The translations under genes were made by a program, and so were the position numbers. A stretch of 64,000 nucleotides of DNA from Thalassobaculaceae bacterium (GTDB taxonomy: Bacteria > Pseudomonadota > Alphaproteobacteria > Thalassobaculales > Thalassobaculaceae), in the NCBI GenBank assembly GCA_965228875.1, contig OZ245843.1, positions 1,470,616 to 1,534,615 on the forward strand, read 5' to 3'. Positions 41,501-51,326 of the stretch are shown one piece after another. Within the stretch, counting starts at the first letter, position 1, and each line of letters begins with the position of its first letter. The notes below the pieces were generated by a model. That model saw only the letters and a list, made by a program, of their open reading frames with translations. It was not told the DNA's origin and made no database searches.

Positions 41501-42061
41501 TCAGGGAGCGAGGCGACGGTCGCCGTGGAACTTCAGCCAACTCCACACGAACCCGACCCGGTCGCCATCGTTGGTGAGCACCGGCATGATGATACGGCGG
41601 TAGCGCTCGAACTCCTTACGCTCACGCACCATGGACCGACGTTCGCCGAAGAAGCACACACGGTCGCGGACGACCCGCTCGTACACCTCGAGATCGCCGG
41701 CCACCGCCTGCGCGCCGAAAGCCTCGGCAAAGGTGGTCCCGGTCAGGTCCCTGCCGGCGAATTCCGCCAGACGGGTTCCGAGAACCCGGTAGCGCAGGGC
41801 GAAGCCGCCGGCGGCCTCGTCCTCGACGTCGAACAGGATCATCGTCGGCAGAAACGCCGGCAGGTCCATCGGCGGGTCGATGTCGCACCGTCGCGGCGCG
41901 GCACGATCGCCCGCCGCACGCCGCCAGTAGGCAAAGACGTGGTCGAGATCCGGGTCGCCCAGGACGTCACCGGAGTCCGCCGTCCCCAACCATCGGCCAC
42001 GTCCGATCAGGTCCTCCGTCACCGGCGCCGCCTCATCAATCGCTGTGATCTTTCCCTCCAT
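41501..42061 (-). CDS. Stand-alone PAS-domain protein (PAS_5-like)
   Basis: FAYW...APRRCDIDP, LRYRVLGT, GRDLTG, RIIMP pattern typical of alphaproteobacterial single-PAS proteins. Confidence 0.75.
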   Translation of the reverse strand: MEGKITAIDEAAPVTEDLIGRGRWLGTADSGDVLGDPDLDHVFAYWRRAAGDRAAPRRCDIDPPMDLPAFLPTMILFDVEDEAAGGFALRYRVLGTRLAEFAGRDLTGTTFAEAFGAQAVAGDLEVYERVVRDRVCFFGERRSMVRERKEFERYRRIIMPVLTNDGDRVGFVWSWLKFHGDRRLAP

Positions 42062-42166
42062 GAGACGGCAGATCCGCCCCGTCGAGCATGGACCTGGGTG
42101 CCAATGGCGCCGATGATAGGAACGCAAGTGCTTACACGAGCTTAACGCCCTCGCAAGCAGGTCGAC

Positions 42167-43320
42167 ATGACATCCGTTCCGCCGCCGCCCGCCACCCGCA
42201 TTCCCGCCGTCTTCATTCGCGGCGGCACCAGCAAGGGCGTCTTCTTCCACGCCCGCGACCTGCCGCGGGATCGGACGGCGCGGGATGCCATCTTCCTCAC
42301 CGTGATCGGCAGCCCGGACCCCTATGGCCGCCAGCTCGACGGGATGGGCGGCGGCATCTCGTCGGTGTCCAAGGCCGTCGTCATCGAGCCGTCGGCACGC
42401 GATGACGCCGATGTCGACTACACCTTCGCGCAGGTTGCGGTCGACAGGCCCCTGGTCGACTACGCCCAGGCCTGCGGCAACCTGTCGAGCGCGGTCGGCC
42501 CCTTCGCGGTCGATGAGGGACTGGTCGACGTCGCCGACGGGCCGGCTGTGGTTCGCGTGTTCAACACCAACACATCGAAGATCTACCACGCCCATTTCGA
42601 GGTGCGCGGCGGCCGGACCGTCGAGACCGGTGACTACGTGCTGCCGGGCGTGTCGGGCGCGGGCGCCCTGGTCCGCCTCGAATACATCAGCCCGGGCGGG
42701 GCCATGACACGGGCCTTCCTGCCGACCGGCAAACCGGTCGACCGCTTCGAGGTCGCCGGCGTCGGGCCGGTCGAGGCCTCGCTGGTCGACGCAACCAACC
42801 CGGTCGTATTCGTCGACGCCGCCAGCTTCGGCAAGACCGGCACCGAACGCCCGGAGGAACTCGACGCCGACGCGGGGTTCATGGCCGCCATCGACGATCT
42901 GCGGCGCCAAGCCGGCGTGGCCATGGGCATGGCCGAGTCCCCGCGAGCGGTACCCCTGTCCAATCCGAAGATCGCCATCCTGGCGCCGCCGGCCGACTGC
43001 ACGACGATCGCCGGTGAGCCGGTCGCCGCGGACGGCCACGACATCCTGATCCGCATCGTATCGATGGAGAAGTGCCACAAGGCGGTCACCGGCACCGGTG
43101 CCATGTGCCTGGCGGCCGCTGCAGCGTGGAAGGCTCCATCCCGCAGCGCCTGCGCCGGGGAACGGAGCCAAAGGTCCGCCTCGCCTCGCCGTCGGGGGTC
43201 GTCGTCCTGGCCGCCGACGTCCGGCGGGACGACGACGGAACCTGGCGGGTCCGCTCGATCTCCGTCGACCGCACCCAGCGCAGGCTGATGGAAGGCTGGG
43301 TCCGGCTGCCGCACGGCTGA
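42167..43320 (+). pseudogene. prpF: PrpF-family isomerase with a single frameshift near 43115-43127 (pseudogene or sequencing error)
   Basis: RGGTSKG, GSPDPYGRQLDGMGGG, CGNLSSAV, HKAVTGTG in one frame; the family C-terminus (SPSG...RTQRRLMEGWV) lies in another frame ending at 43320. Confidence 0.8.
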
Positions 43321-43363
43321 CGGCGGTCAGGCCCGCTCCTTTCCGCCGCCAAGGCCATGGACC

Positions 43364-45481
43364 CTATTTGTCGCCGAAGCCCTTGCCCGCCTCGGCCAGT
43401 TTCAGCAGCAGCGGGCTCGGCGCCATCCAGGGGCCGTGCTCCTTTTCGAACCGTTGCATCGTCTCGGCGATGGTCTTGAGCCCGACCGTATCGGCCCAGA
43501 ACATCGGGCCGCCGCGATAGCGCGGGAAGCCGTAGCCGTGCATCCAGACCACGTCGACGTCGCTCGCGCGCAGGGCGATGCCCTCGTCGAGGATCTTGGC
43601 TCCCTCGTTCACCAGCGGGTAGAGGCAGCGCTCCAGGATCTCCTCGTCGGAGACCGCGCGGCGCGCGATGCCCAGTTCCTTCGACGTCTCCACGATGATG
43701 GCCTCGACCTCGGGGTCCGGGGTCGGGGTGCGGCCGTCTTCGTACTTGAACCAGCCGCTCCCGGTCTTCTGCCCGAACCTGCCGAGATCGCAGATTCTGT
43801 CGGCGATGGTGCCCGAGTAGCGGCCGTTGTCCGGCTTGCCGCCATTGGCCTTGATCTGCTCCTGGCGCACCCGCCAGCCGACATCGTTACCCGCCAGGTC
43901 GCACATGGCGAACGGCCCCATGGGCATGCCGAAGTCGTACAGCACCCGGTCCACGTCCTGCGGCAGGGCGCCCTCCTCGACCAGGAACATGGCCTCGCGC
44001 AGGTACTGGTGCAGCATCCGGTTGCCGACGAAGCCGTGGCACACACCGACCAGCACCCCGACCTTGCCGAGGGTCTTGGACAGTTTCATGACCGTGGCGA
44101 TCACCTCGTCGGAGGTCTTCTCGCCGCGCACGTTCTCCATCAGCCGCATGACGTTGGCGGGGCTGAAGAAATGCGTGCCGATGACGTCCTCGGGCCGGCC
44201 GGTGGCGGCGGCGATCTCATCGACATCCAGCGTCGAGGTGTTGGTCGCCATGATGACGCCCGGCTTGCAGACCCGGTCGAGCCTGGCGAACAGCTCCTTC
44301 TTCACCTCCATGTTCTCGAACACCGCCTCGACGACGATGTCGGTCACCGCGAGGTCCACGAGGCTGGTGGAGCCGGTGATGAGGCCCATGCGCCGGTCCA
44401 TCTCCTCCTGGCTCAACCGCCCCTTGGAAACCGTGGCGGCATAATTGCCCCGGATCTTCTCGAGACCCGCGTCGAGCGCCGCCTGTTCGCTCTCGACGAC
44501 GGTCACCGGGAGACCGGCATTGGCGAACACCATGGCGATGCCGCCGCCCATGGTGCCGCAGCCGATGACGCCGGCGTTCTGGATCGGGCGGGTCGGGGTG
44601 TCGGCCGGCACGTCGGGAATCTTCGCCACCTCCCGCTCGGCGAAGAAGGCGTGGCGCATCGACCTCGCCTCGTCGGCGTTGACCAGTTTGAGGAACTCTT
44701 CGCGCTCGAACCTGAGCCCGTCCGCCAGATCCATCGTGGCCGCCGCCTCGACGCAGCGCACGCAGGCGTATGGCGCGTTCATGCCGCGCGCCCGTTTCGC
44801 CATCGACGTGCGGAAATTCTCGAACAGGGAGGGGGTGTCCTTCGCTTCCTGCAGGCCGTCGGTGCGTTCGCCGGATCGGCGCGGCGCCTCGCCGGACGCC
44901 GCCAGACGCTCGGCGGCGGCAACCGCGGCGTCGACCACCGCGGCGACATCGCCCTCGACCAGTTCGTCCACGATGCCGGCCTTGTTCGCTTCCTTTTCGG
45001 AGACCAGGCGGCCGGAAACGATCATCTCCAGGGCCTTGGCGACGCCGGCGACCCGCGGCAGACGCTGGGTCCCGCCCGCACCGGGCAGGATGCCCAGGGT
45101 CACTTCCGGCAATCCGAGCTTGGTCTTCGGGCCGCACACCCGGTAGTGGCAGCCGAGCGCCAGTTCCAGACCGCCGCCGGCCGCGACGCCGTGGATCGCC
45201 GCGACCACGGGCTTGTCCATCGCCTCGAGGTCGTTGAGGATCTCCGGCAGGCCGCGCACGTGCTCCGGCGGCGTGGTGCCGAACTCGCGGATATCGGCGC
45301 CGGCGCAGAACATCCGGCCGTCGCCGGTCACGACGATCGCGTCGACCTCCGCGTCGGCGCCGAGCCGGGCGATGGCGGCGTCCAGCCCCTCGCGGACCGG
45401 CCAGCCGAGGCCGTTCACCGGCGGGTTGTTCAGCTTCAGCAGCGCGACGCGCCCGCGGCGCTCCTCGATCACGGCGCTCAT
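43364..45481 (-). CDS. Fused enoyl-CoA hydratase / 3-hydroxyacyl-CoA dehydrogenase
   Basis: NPPVN, FCAGADI, GGGLELAL, PGAGGTQRLPR; IGCGTMGGGI, ATNTSTL, HFFSPANVM, GFVGNRML. Confidence 0.94.
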   Translation of the reverse strand: MSAVIEERRGRVALLKLNNPPVNGLGWPVREGLDAAIARLGADAEVDAIVVTGDGRMFCAGADIREFGTTPPEHVRGLPEILNDLEAMDKPVVAAIHGVAAGGGLELALGCHYRVCGPKTKLGLPEVTLGILPGAGGTQRLPRVAGVAKALEMIVSGRLVSEKEANKAGIVDELVEGDVAAVVDAAVAAAERLAASGEAPRRSGERTDGLQEAKDTPSLFENFRTSMAKRARGMNAPYACVRCVEAAATMDLADGLRFEREEFLKLVNADEARSMRHAFFAEREVAKIPDVPADTPTRPIQNAGVIGCGTMGGGIAMVFANAGLPVTVVESEQAALDAGLEKIRGNYAATVSKGRLSQEEMDRRMGLITGSTSLVDLAVTDIVVEAVFENMEVKKELFARLDRVCKPGVIMATNTSTLDVDEIAAATGRPEDVIGTHFFSPANVMRLMENVRGEKTSDEVIATVMKLSKTLGKVGVLVGVCHGFVGNRMLHQYLREAMFLVEEGALPQDVDRVLYDFGMPMGPFAMCDLAGNDVGWRVRQEQIKANGGKPDNGRYSGTIADRICDLGRFGQKTGSGWFKYEDGRTPTPDPEVEAIIVETSKELGIARRAVSDEEILERCLYPLVNEGAKILDEGIALRASDVDVVWMHGYGFPRYRGGPMFWADTVGLKTIAETMQRFEKEHGPWMAPSPLLLKLAEAGKGFGDK

Positions 45482-45607
45482 ATCGTTTCCTCTCCGGTTC
45501 GTTCTTTTCCGTTACATCCTCGATAGCAGGCCGCGCAGGCGCTTGCCAGATGGTGCGAAGCCCGCGACGCTATCGGAAAAACCGCCAGGGAGGATGCGGG
45601 CGTGACG

Positions 45608-47143
45608 ATGATCAACCTCGCGCATGCGCTCGAGACTTCGGTGGCGGCCTGGCCGGAGCGCGAGGCGGTTGTGTGCGGGTCGCGCCGGCTGACCTACCGC
45701 CAGGTCGACCGGGCGGCGAACCGACTGGCCGCCGGGCTGGCATCGCGCGGAATCGGTCCCGGCAGCATCGTCGCCCTGGCCTGCCCGAACGTCCCCGCCT
45801 TCCCGATCGCCTATTTCGCGATCCTGAAGACCGGTGCCACCGTGCTGCCGGTCAGCCTGCTGCTGAAGGCGGACGAGATCGCCTACATGCTCGGCCACTC
45901 GCGGGCGTCGGCCCTGCTCTGTCATCCAGGCACCGAGGCCGCCCCCATCGGCCGCGAGGGGCTGGCGGCGTTCGAGCGGACCGACACCTGCACGCTGTTC
46001 GCCTGGATTCCCAATGAGACCGGCACGCGGCCGCACGACGGGCATCCGGACATCGATGCCCTGGAGAGCGACGTCGAGAGCTTCGACACCGCCAACCGGT
46101 CGGCGGACGACACCGCCGTCGTCGTCTACACGTCCGGAACCACGGGCCGGCCCAAGGGCGCCGAACTCACCCACTCGAACCTGCTCATCCATGCCCTGAT
46201 GATCCGGAACAACGGCGGCTGGCGGGACGACGAGGTGCTGCTGGTCTCGCTGCCGCTGTTTCATATCTTCGGACAGGTCTGTCAGATGGCGGCGGGCCTG
46301 TCCGGCGGCGCGACCCTCGTTCTCCTGCCGAAATTCGACGCCGCCGCCGTCCTGTCGCTGATCGAGCGAGAGAGGGTCACGCGGTTCTCCGGTGTGCCGA
46401 CGATGTACTGGGCCCTCCTGGCCCACGCCGAGGCCGAGGGGATCGGCCGCGAGGCGATGGCGAGCATCCGCGGCCTGACCGCCGGCGGGGCGCCGATGCC
46501 GGTGGATATCATGACCCGGTTCGACGACCGGTTCGGCACCGAGATCCGCGAGGGCTACGGTCTCAGCGAAACCTCGCCGGCGGCGACGAACCATGCCCCC
46601 GGAATCCGACGCAAGACCGGCTCCGTCGGGCTGCCCCTGTGGGGCGTGCAGGTCCGGGTCGTCGACGACGCGGGAAACGAGGTCCCCAGCGGCGAGCGCG
46701 GCGAGGTCGTGATCCGTGGTCACTGCGTGATGAAGGGCTACCTCAACGATCCGCAGGCGACGGCGGAAGCGTTCCGCGGCGGGTGGTTCCACACCGGCGA
46801 CATCGGGACACTGGACGGCGACGGCTACCTGTTCATCGTCGACCGCAAGAAGGAGATGATCATCCGCAACGGCATGAACGTCTATCCGCGCGAGGTCGAG
46901 GAGATCCTGATGTCCCATCCCGAGGTCTCGCTGGCGGCGGTGATCGGCGTACCGCATGACGAGCACGGCCAGGAGGTCAAGGCGGTCGCGGTGCGGGCAC
47001 CCGGATCGCAGATCCGCGAGTCGTCGCTGATCGAGTGGGCACGCGCGCGCATGGGCGCGCACAAGTATCCGCGCGTTGTCGAGTTCCGCGACGCCCTGCC
47101 GATGAACGCGACCGGCAAGATCCAGAAGAAGGACCTGAGTTGA
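45608..47143 (+). CDS. Acyl-CoA synthetase (long-chain fatty acid-CoA ligase family)
   Basis: YTSGTTGRPKG, EGYGLSET, WFHTGDIG, DRKKEMI, TGKIQK; alternative GTG start 45602. Confidence 0.93.
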   Translation: MINLAHALETSVAAWPEREAVVCGSRRLTYRQVDRAANRLAAGLASRGIGPGSIVALACPNVPAFPIAYFAILKTGATVLPVSLLLKADEIAYMLGHSRASALLCHPGTEAAPIGREGLAAFERTDTCTLFAWIPNETGTRPHDGHPDIDALESDVESFDTANRSADDTAVVVYTSGTTGRPKGAELTHSNLLIHALMIRNNGGWRDDEVLLVSLPLFHIFGQVCQMAAGLSGGATLVLLPKFDAAAVLSLIERERVTRFSGVPTMYWALLAHAEAEGIGREAMASIRGLTAGGAPMPVDIMTRFDDRFGTEIREGYGLSETSPAATNHAPGIRRKTGSVGLPLWGVQVRVVDDAGNEVPSGERGEVVIRGHCVMKGYLNDPQATAEAFRGGWFHTGDIGTLDGDGYLFIVDRKKEMIIRNGMNVYPREVEEILMSHPEVSLAAVIGVPHDEHGQEVKAVAVRAPGSQIRESSLIEWARARMGAHKYPRVVEFRDALPMNATGKIQKKDLS

Positions 47144-47207
47144 TCACGCCATTTATACAATAATATCAATTAATTATATATGTTTTCTCATATAGTAAAT
47201 TAAAATT

Positions 47208-47762
47208 CTAGTCCCCGCGCCGTGTCCGTTTCGGACAGGGAACGACCGTGCCGGCGATCGGATTGAATTCGCTGCGGTCCGTCTTCGCCAGGCTGCGCCC
47301 GTACAGGTGCAGGGACAGTGAGGGGCGGTCGGAATCGTTGCGGATGCTGTGAATGTCGTCGGGCCGCAGCGTCTTGACGTCACCGCACGAGACGACGGTC
47401 TCGGCCGCGGTCTCCAGGTCCGCCCTACCCGGCCGCGAACCGTCGTCGGTGCGCCGCCAGTCGACGTTGATCTCCTCGCCGTCCAGCCCCATGACGATGC
47501 CCCATGTCCGGTGATCGTGGGGCGCGACGCCGCGGCCGGGAGCCCAGCAGACGGTCTCCAGCAGGAAGCCGTCTCCCGGCTCCTCGTGGAGGATGGTGAT
47601 GCCGAAACCCTGGGCATCGTCCGTCGCGTACAGGTCGTCGCCGATCCACGACCGGTCGTCAGCCAGCGGACGCAGCCGCGCTACCAGTCGGTCGGTGAGC
47701 GCCGCTCCGCCGGCCTCCTCGGCAAGAATACGACGGATATCGGTCACAAGGGCGTCGATCAC
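47208..47762 (-). CDS. Cysteine dioxygenase-type cupin (thiol dioxygenase family)
   Basis: W.PG...PHDH..WG, DDIHSIRN and SLSLHLYG (3-His motif); GTG start with GGAGG. Confidence 0.75.
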   Translation of the reverse strand: MIDALVTDIRRILAEEAGGAALTDRLVARLRPLADDRSWIGDDLYATDDAQGFGITILHEEPGDGFLLETVCWAPGRGVAPHDHRTWGIVMGLDGEEINVDWRRTDDGSRPGRADLETAAETVVSCGDVKTLRPDDIHSIRNDSDRPSLSLHLYGRSLAKTDRSEFNPIAGTVVPCPKRTRRGD

Positions 47763-47854
47763 TGCGGAACCTCCGGGGTTTCTTGCCGTCCGCGTGGCGG
47801 ACGGGTGTCTCGAACCGATCATCCCATCGCTCCCGGCAGGCGGACAGGGTTGAA

Positions 47855-47876
47855 TATAGTTTAACATTAAACTATA
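47855..47876. promoter_or_regulatory. Perfect inverted repeat, putative MarR operator
   Basis: TATAGTTTAA-CA-TTAAACTATA, 30 bp upstream of the nitroreductase-marR unit. Confidence 0.7.
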
Positions 47877-47906
47877 GATCTGCATGTCCCGTCACAGGAG
47901 GTCGCG

Positions 47907-49055
47907 ATGTCCCTCTCCCGCCGCCATGTTCTCACCGTCATCGGAGGCGGCGTCATCGTCGCGGCCACGGGGGCCGGCGCCTTCCTCGCCACCCGCAGGC
48001 CGAACGCCGCCCTGGCCCCGTGGGAGAGCGCCGGGACCGGCTACGGCGATCCCCGCCTGCGCGCGCTGTCCTGGGCGATCCTCGCGCCGAACCCCCATAA
48101 CCGCCAGCCCTGGCAGGTTCGTCTCGACGGCGAAACGGGCGTAACCCTGTTTGCAGATTCCACCCGCATGCTGAGAGCGACCGACCCGTATGACCGGCAG
48201 ATCACCATCGGTCTCGGCTGCTTCCTGGAAATCGCCCGCATGGCGGCCGGCGCCGACGGATACGCGGTAACCGTCGAGGCTTTTCCCGTGGGGGAGAGCG
48301 ATGCGCGGCTCGACCACAGGCCCGTCGCGCGCCTCGAATTCGCCGAAACCGCAAAGTCAGTTGACCCGCTGTTCGCCCAGGTGCCCGCCCGGCGAACCAG
48401 CCGCCATCCCTTCGACATGGAACGACCGGTCCCGACCGACACGATCGCCGACCTGCTCTCGGTCATACCGCCCGGCGTCCGCGCGGAAGGGACCGCCGAC
48501 CCGGCCAGGGTCGCGATGCTCGCCGATCTGGCGTGGCGCGGACACGAGGTCGAGATGACCGCGCCGGCCCCTCTCGCCGAGAACGTCGGGCTGATGCGCA
48601 TCGGCCGCGCCGAGATCGACGCCGACCCGGACGGGATATCGCTCGGCGGGCCGTTTCTGGAAAGCCTGAAGCTCGTCGGACTGCTCAGCCGCGCGCAGCT
48701 GGCCGATCCGGGCTCGACCGCCTATGCCCAGGGCATGGACATGTTCAGGGCGATCTTCGCCGGCAGCCCGGCCTTCGTGTGGATGGCGACATCCGGGAAC
48801 ACCCGACGCGACCAGCTCGCCGCGGGTGCCGCCTGGGTCCGCTTCAACCTCGCCGCCACCGCCCGCGGGCTCGGCGTCCAACCCGTCAGCCAGACCCTGC
48901 AGGAGTATCCCGAGATGACGGAGCTCCACCGCCGGATCCATCGCGAGCTTGGCCGGCCCGGCGAGACCGTGCAGATGCTCGGGCGTCTCGGCCACGGCCC
49001 CGCGTCGGCACCCTCGCCGCGCTGGCCCCTCGACAGCCGGCTTGTCAGGACCTAA
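47907..49055 (+). CDS. Acg-family FMN-binding nitroreductase with twin-arginine signal
   Basis: SRRHVL plus hydrophobic stretch; ILAPNPHNRQPW, IGLGCFLE, RRTSR, QPVSQTLQEYPEM, GRLG...SPRWP. Confidence 0.8.
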   Translation: MSLSRRHVLTVIGGGVIVAATGAGAFLATRRPNAALAPWESAGTGYGDPRLRALSWAILAPNPHNRQPWQVRLDGETGVTLFADSTRMLRATDPYDRQITIGLGCFLEIARMAAGADGYAVTVEAFPVGESDARLDHRPVARLEFAETAKSVDPLFAQVPARRTSRHPFDMERPVPTDTIADLLSVIPPGVRAEGTADPARVAMLADLAWRGHEVEMTAPAPLAENVGLMRIGRAEIDADPDGISLGGPFLESLKLVGLLSRAQLADPGSTAYAQGMDMFRAIFAGSPAFVWMATSGNTRRDQLAAGAAWVRFNLAATARGLGVQPVSQTLQEYPEMTELHRRIHRELGRPGETVQMLGRLGHGPASAPSPRWPLDSRLVRT

Positions 49056-49064
49056 AGCCGTGGC

Positions 49065-49511
49065 ATGACCACACCGCCCGACGACCCGGTCCTGTTCCGG
49101 GTCTTCAACGAGATCGGCATCATCGAGCAGCTTGCCCGCGCGGCGTTCGAGCGGGTGATGCCCCATGGGCTGAAGGTCTCGCAGTTCTCCGTGCTGAACC
49201 ATCTCGTGAGGCTCGGCGACGGGGCGCGCCCGGCCGACCTGGCGGACGCCTTCCAGGTCACGCGCGGCGCCATGACCAACACCCTCGCGCGCCTCGAGGG
49301 ACTCGGCTTCATCGACGTGCGTCCGGACCCGGCGGACGGCCGCGCCAAGGCCGTGTTCCTGACCGAGGCGGGTCGCGCAGCCAGGTTCGAGGCGATCTCC
49401 GCGCTGGCGCCGGCACTCGCGGAGCTGGACCGGGAGATCGGCGCCGAGCGGTTCGACGCCGCTCTGCCTTTCCTGACCGACTTGCGTCGGACCCTCGACG
49501 CCAAACGCTGA
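49065..49511 (+). CDS. MarR-family regulator
   Basis: QFSVLNHL, LADAFQVTRGAMTNTLARLE, DGRAKAVFLTEAG. Confidence 0.92.
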   Translation: MTTPPDDPVLFRVFNEIGIIEQLARAAFERVMPHGLKVSQFSVLNHLVRLGDGARPADLADAFQVTRGAMTNTLARLEGLGFIDVRPDPADGRAKAVFLTEAGRAARFEAISALAPALAELDREIGAERFDAALPFLTDLRRTLDAKR

Positions 49512-49572
49512 CCGGGTCTACCCTCTCGCCAACCAACCAAGCATCTCAATCAAAGACGGAAGAGAGGAAACC

Positions 49573-50949
49573 GTGTCGGGCAAGACCGTCCATATCGGCT
49601 GTGGGGCCGGGTTCGCAGGCGACCGCTGGGATGCCGCGGTGCCGATCGTCGCCACGCTCACCACCCGCGAGGGTCCACGCTACCTGATGTACGAGACCCT
49701 GGCCGAGCGCACCCTGGCGCTGGCCCAGCAGGCGAAGATCGAGGATCCCGGCAAGGGCTATTCGCCCTACCTGGAGCGCATCCTGCGCCCGGTCCTGGCC
49801 CAGGTGAAGTCCGCGGGTATCCGCGTGGTGTCCAACTTCGGTGCCGCCAACCCGACCGCCGGCGCGAGGAAGATCCTCGACATGGCCAAGGAGGAAGGGG
49901 TCGCGGGGCTCAAGGTCGCCGTGGTCGAGGGCGACGACCTGACGACGGTGATGAGCGAGACGGACATTCGCGGTCACAAAGCCGTCGAGGGTCTGGAGAT
50001 GCCCGAGGGCCGGCTCGTCGCGGCCAACGTCTATCTCGGCGCCCGGGCGATCGCCGACGCGCTCGCGCTCGGCGCCGACATCGTCGTGGTCGGACGCTGC
50101 GCCGACCCCGCCCTGGCCCTCGGACCGCTGATCCACGAGCATGGCTGGTCGATGGACGACCTGGACCGGATCGCCGCTGGAACCATGGCCGGCCACCTGC
50201 TGGAGTGCGGTGCCCAGGTGACCGGCGGCTACTTCGCCGATCCCGGATACAAGGACGTGCCCGATTTCGGACATGTCGGCTTCCCCATCGCGGAGATCGA
50301 CGAAGACGGTGCCGTCACCGTCTCCAAGGCCGACGGCACGGGCGGCCTAGTCAGCCATCGCACGGTGAAGGAGCAACTGCTCTACGAGGTGCACGACCCG
50401 TCGACCTACCTCACCCCCGACGTCGTCCTGGACATCACCGGCGTTTCGATCGAGGAGGTGGCGCCGAACCGGGTGCGGATCACCGGCGCAAAGGGCCGGC
50501 AGCGGCCGCCGACCCTCAAGGCAACGGTCAGCTTCGAGGGCGGCTGGCTCGGCGAGGGCGAGATCACCTATGCCGGCCCCAACGCCCGGCGGCGGGCGGA
50601 GCTCGCGATCGAGGTTCTGCGTACCCGGGTGCGCGATCTCGGCACCAACTGGCCGCTGCGCTTCGACCTGATCGGCACGGTGTCGACCTTCGACGGCGAC
50701 GGCGGCGACCTGCGCGCCGGTGGCGACTGGGAGGCGGATGGCGAGTACCGGGTGCGCATGGCGACCAAGGGCCCCGACCGCCAGCTTGCCCAGTGGATCG
50801 CCGACGAGGTGCTGTCTCTCTACTGTTCGGGGCCGGCCGGCGGCGGCGGCGTGCGCCACCGCATCGCGCCGCAGATCACCACCGCCTCCATCCTGGTCGA
50901 CCGCGAGAAAGTGTCGGCCACCGCCCGCCTGATCGGGGAGAACGCCTGA
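49573..50949 (+). CDS. AtuA/DUF1446-family protein
   Basis: IGCGAGFAGDR, ETLAERT, NVYLGA, GHLLECGAQVTGG, EQLLYEVHDP.YLTPDV, GPAGGGG. Confidence 0.88.
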   Translation: MSGKTVHIGCGAGFAGDRWDAAVPIVATLTTREGPRYLMYETLAERTLALAQQAKIEDPGKGYSPYLERILRPVLAQVKSAGIRVVSNFGAANPTAGARKILDMAKEEGVAGLKVAVVEGDDLTTVMSETDIRGHKAVEGLEMPEGRLVAANVYLGARAIADALALGADIVVVGRCADPALALGPLIHEHGWSMDDLDRIAAGTMAGHLLECGAQVTGGYFADPGYKDVPDFGHVGFPIAEIDEDGAVTVSKADGTGGLVSHRTVKEQLLYEVHDPSTYLTPDVVLDITGVSIEEVAPNRVRITGAKGRQRPPTLKATVSFEGGWLGEGEITYAGPNARRRAELAIEVLRTRVRDLGTNWPLRFDLIGTVSTFDGDGGDLRAGGDWEADGEYRVRMATKGPDRQLAQWIADEVLSLYCSGPAGGGGVRHRIAPQITTASILVDREKVSATARLIGENA

Positions 50950-51326
50950 TGACCGCCGATGCCAACCGCCGCGTGCTTCGTGTACCGCTGCACGAGGTCG
51001 CCCACGGCCGCACCGGTGACAAGGGAAACCGGGTCAACATCAGCCTCATCCCCTATCACGACGAGGCCTTTCCGTTTCTGCGCGAACAGGTGACGGAGGT
51101 GGCGGTGAAGAAGCACTTCGCCGCCAAGGGGGCGAGCAAGGTCACCCGCTACGAATTGCCGACCTTTCCCGCCTTCAACTTCGTCATCGACGACGTGCTC
51201 GAGGGCGGGGTCAACGGTGCGCTCAACCTGGACACCCACGGCAAATCCTTCGCCTTCCACCTGCTGGCGATGGAGGTGGACATGCCCGAAGACCTCATTC
51301 TCCACCCCGAGAAAGGTTCCCGTTAG
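50949..51326 (+). CDS. Small AtuA-associated (ferredoxin-fold) protein
   Basis: AHGRTGDKGN, RYELP, NFV...LEGG..LDTHGKS; TGATG coupling. Confidence 0.85.
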   Translation: MTADANRRVLRVPLHEVAHGRTGDKGNRVNISLIPYHDEAFPFLREQVTEVAVKKHFAAKGASKVTRYELPTFPAFNFVIDDVLEGGVNGALNLDTHGKSFAFHLLAMEVDMPEDLILHPEKGSR

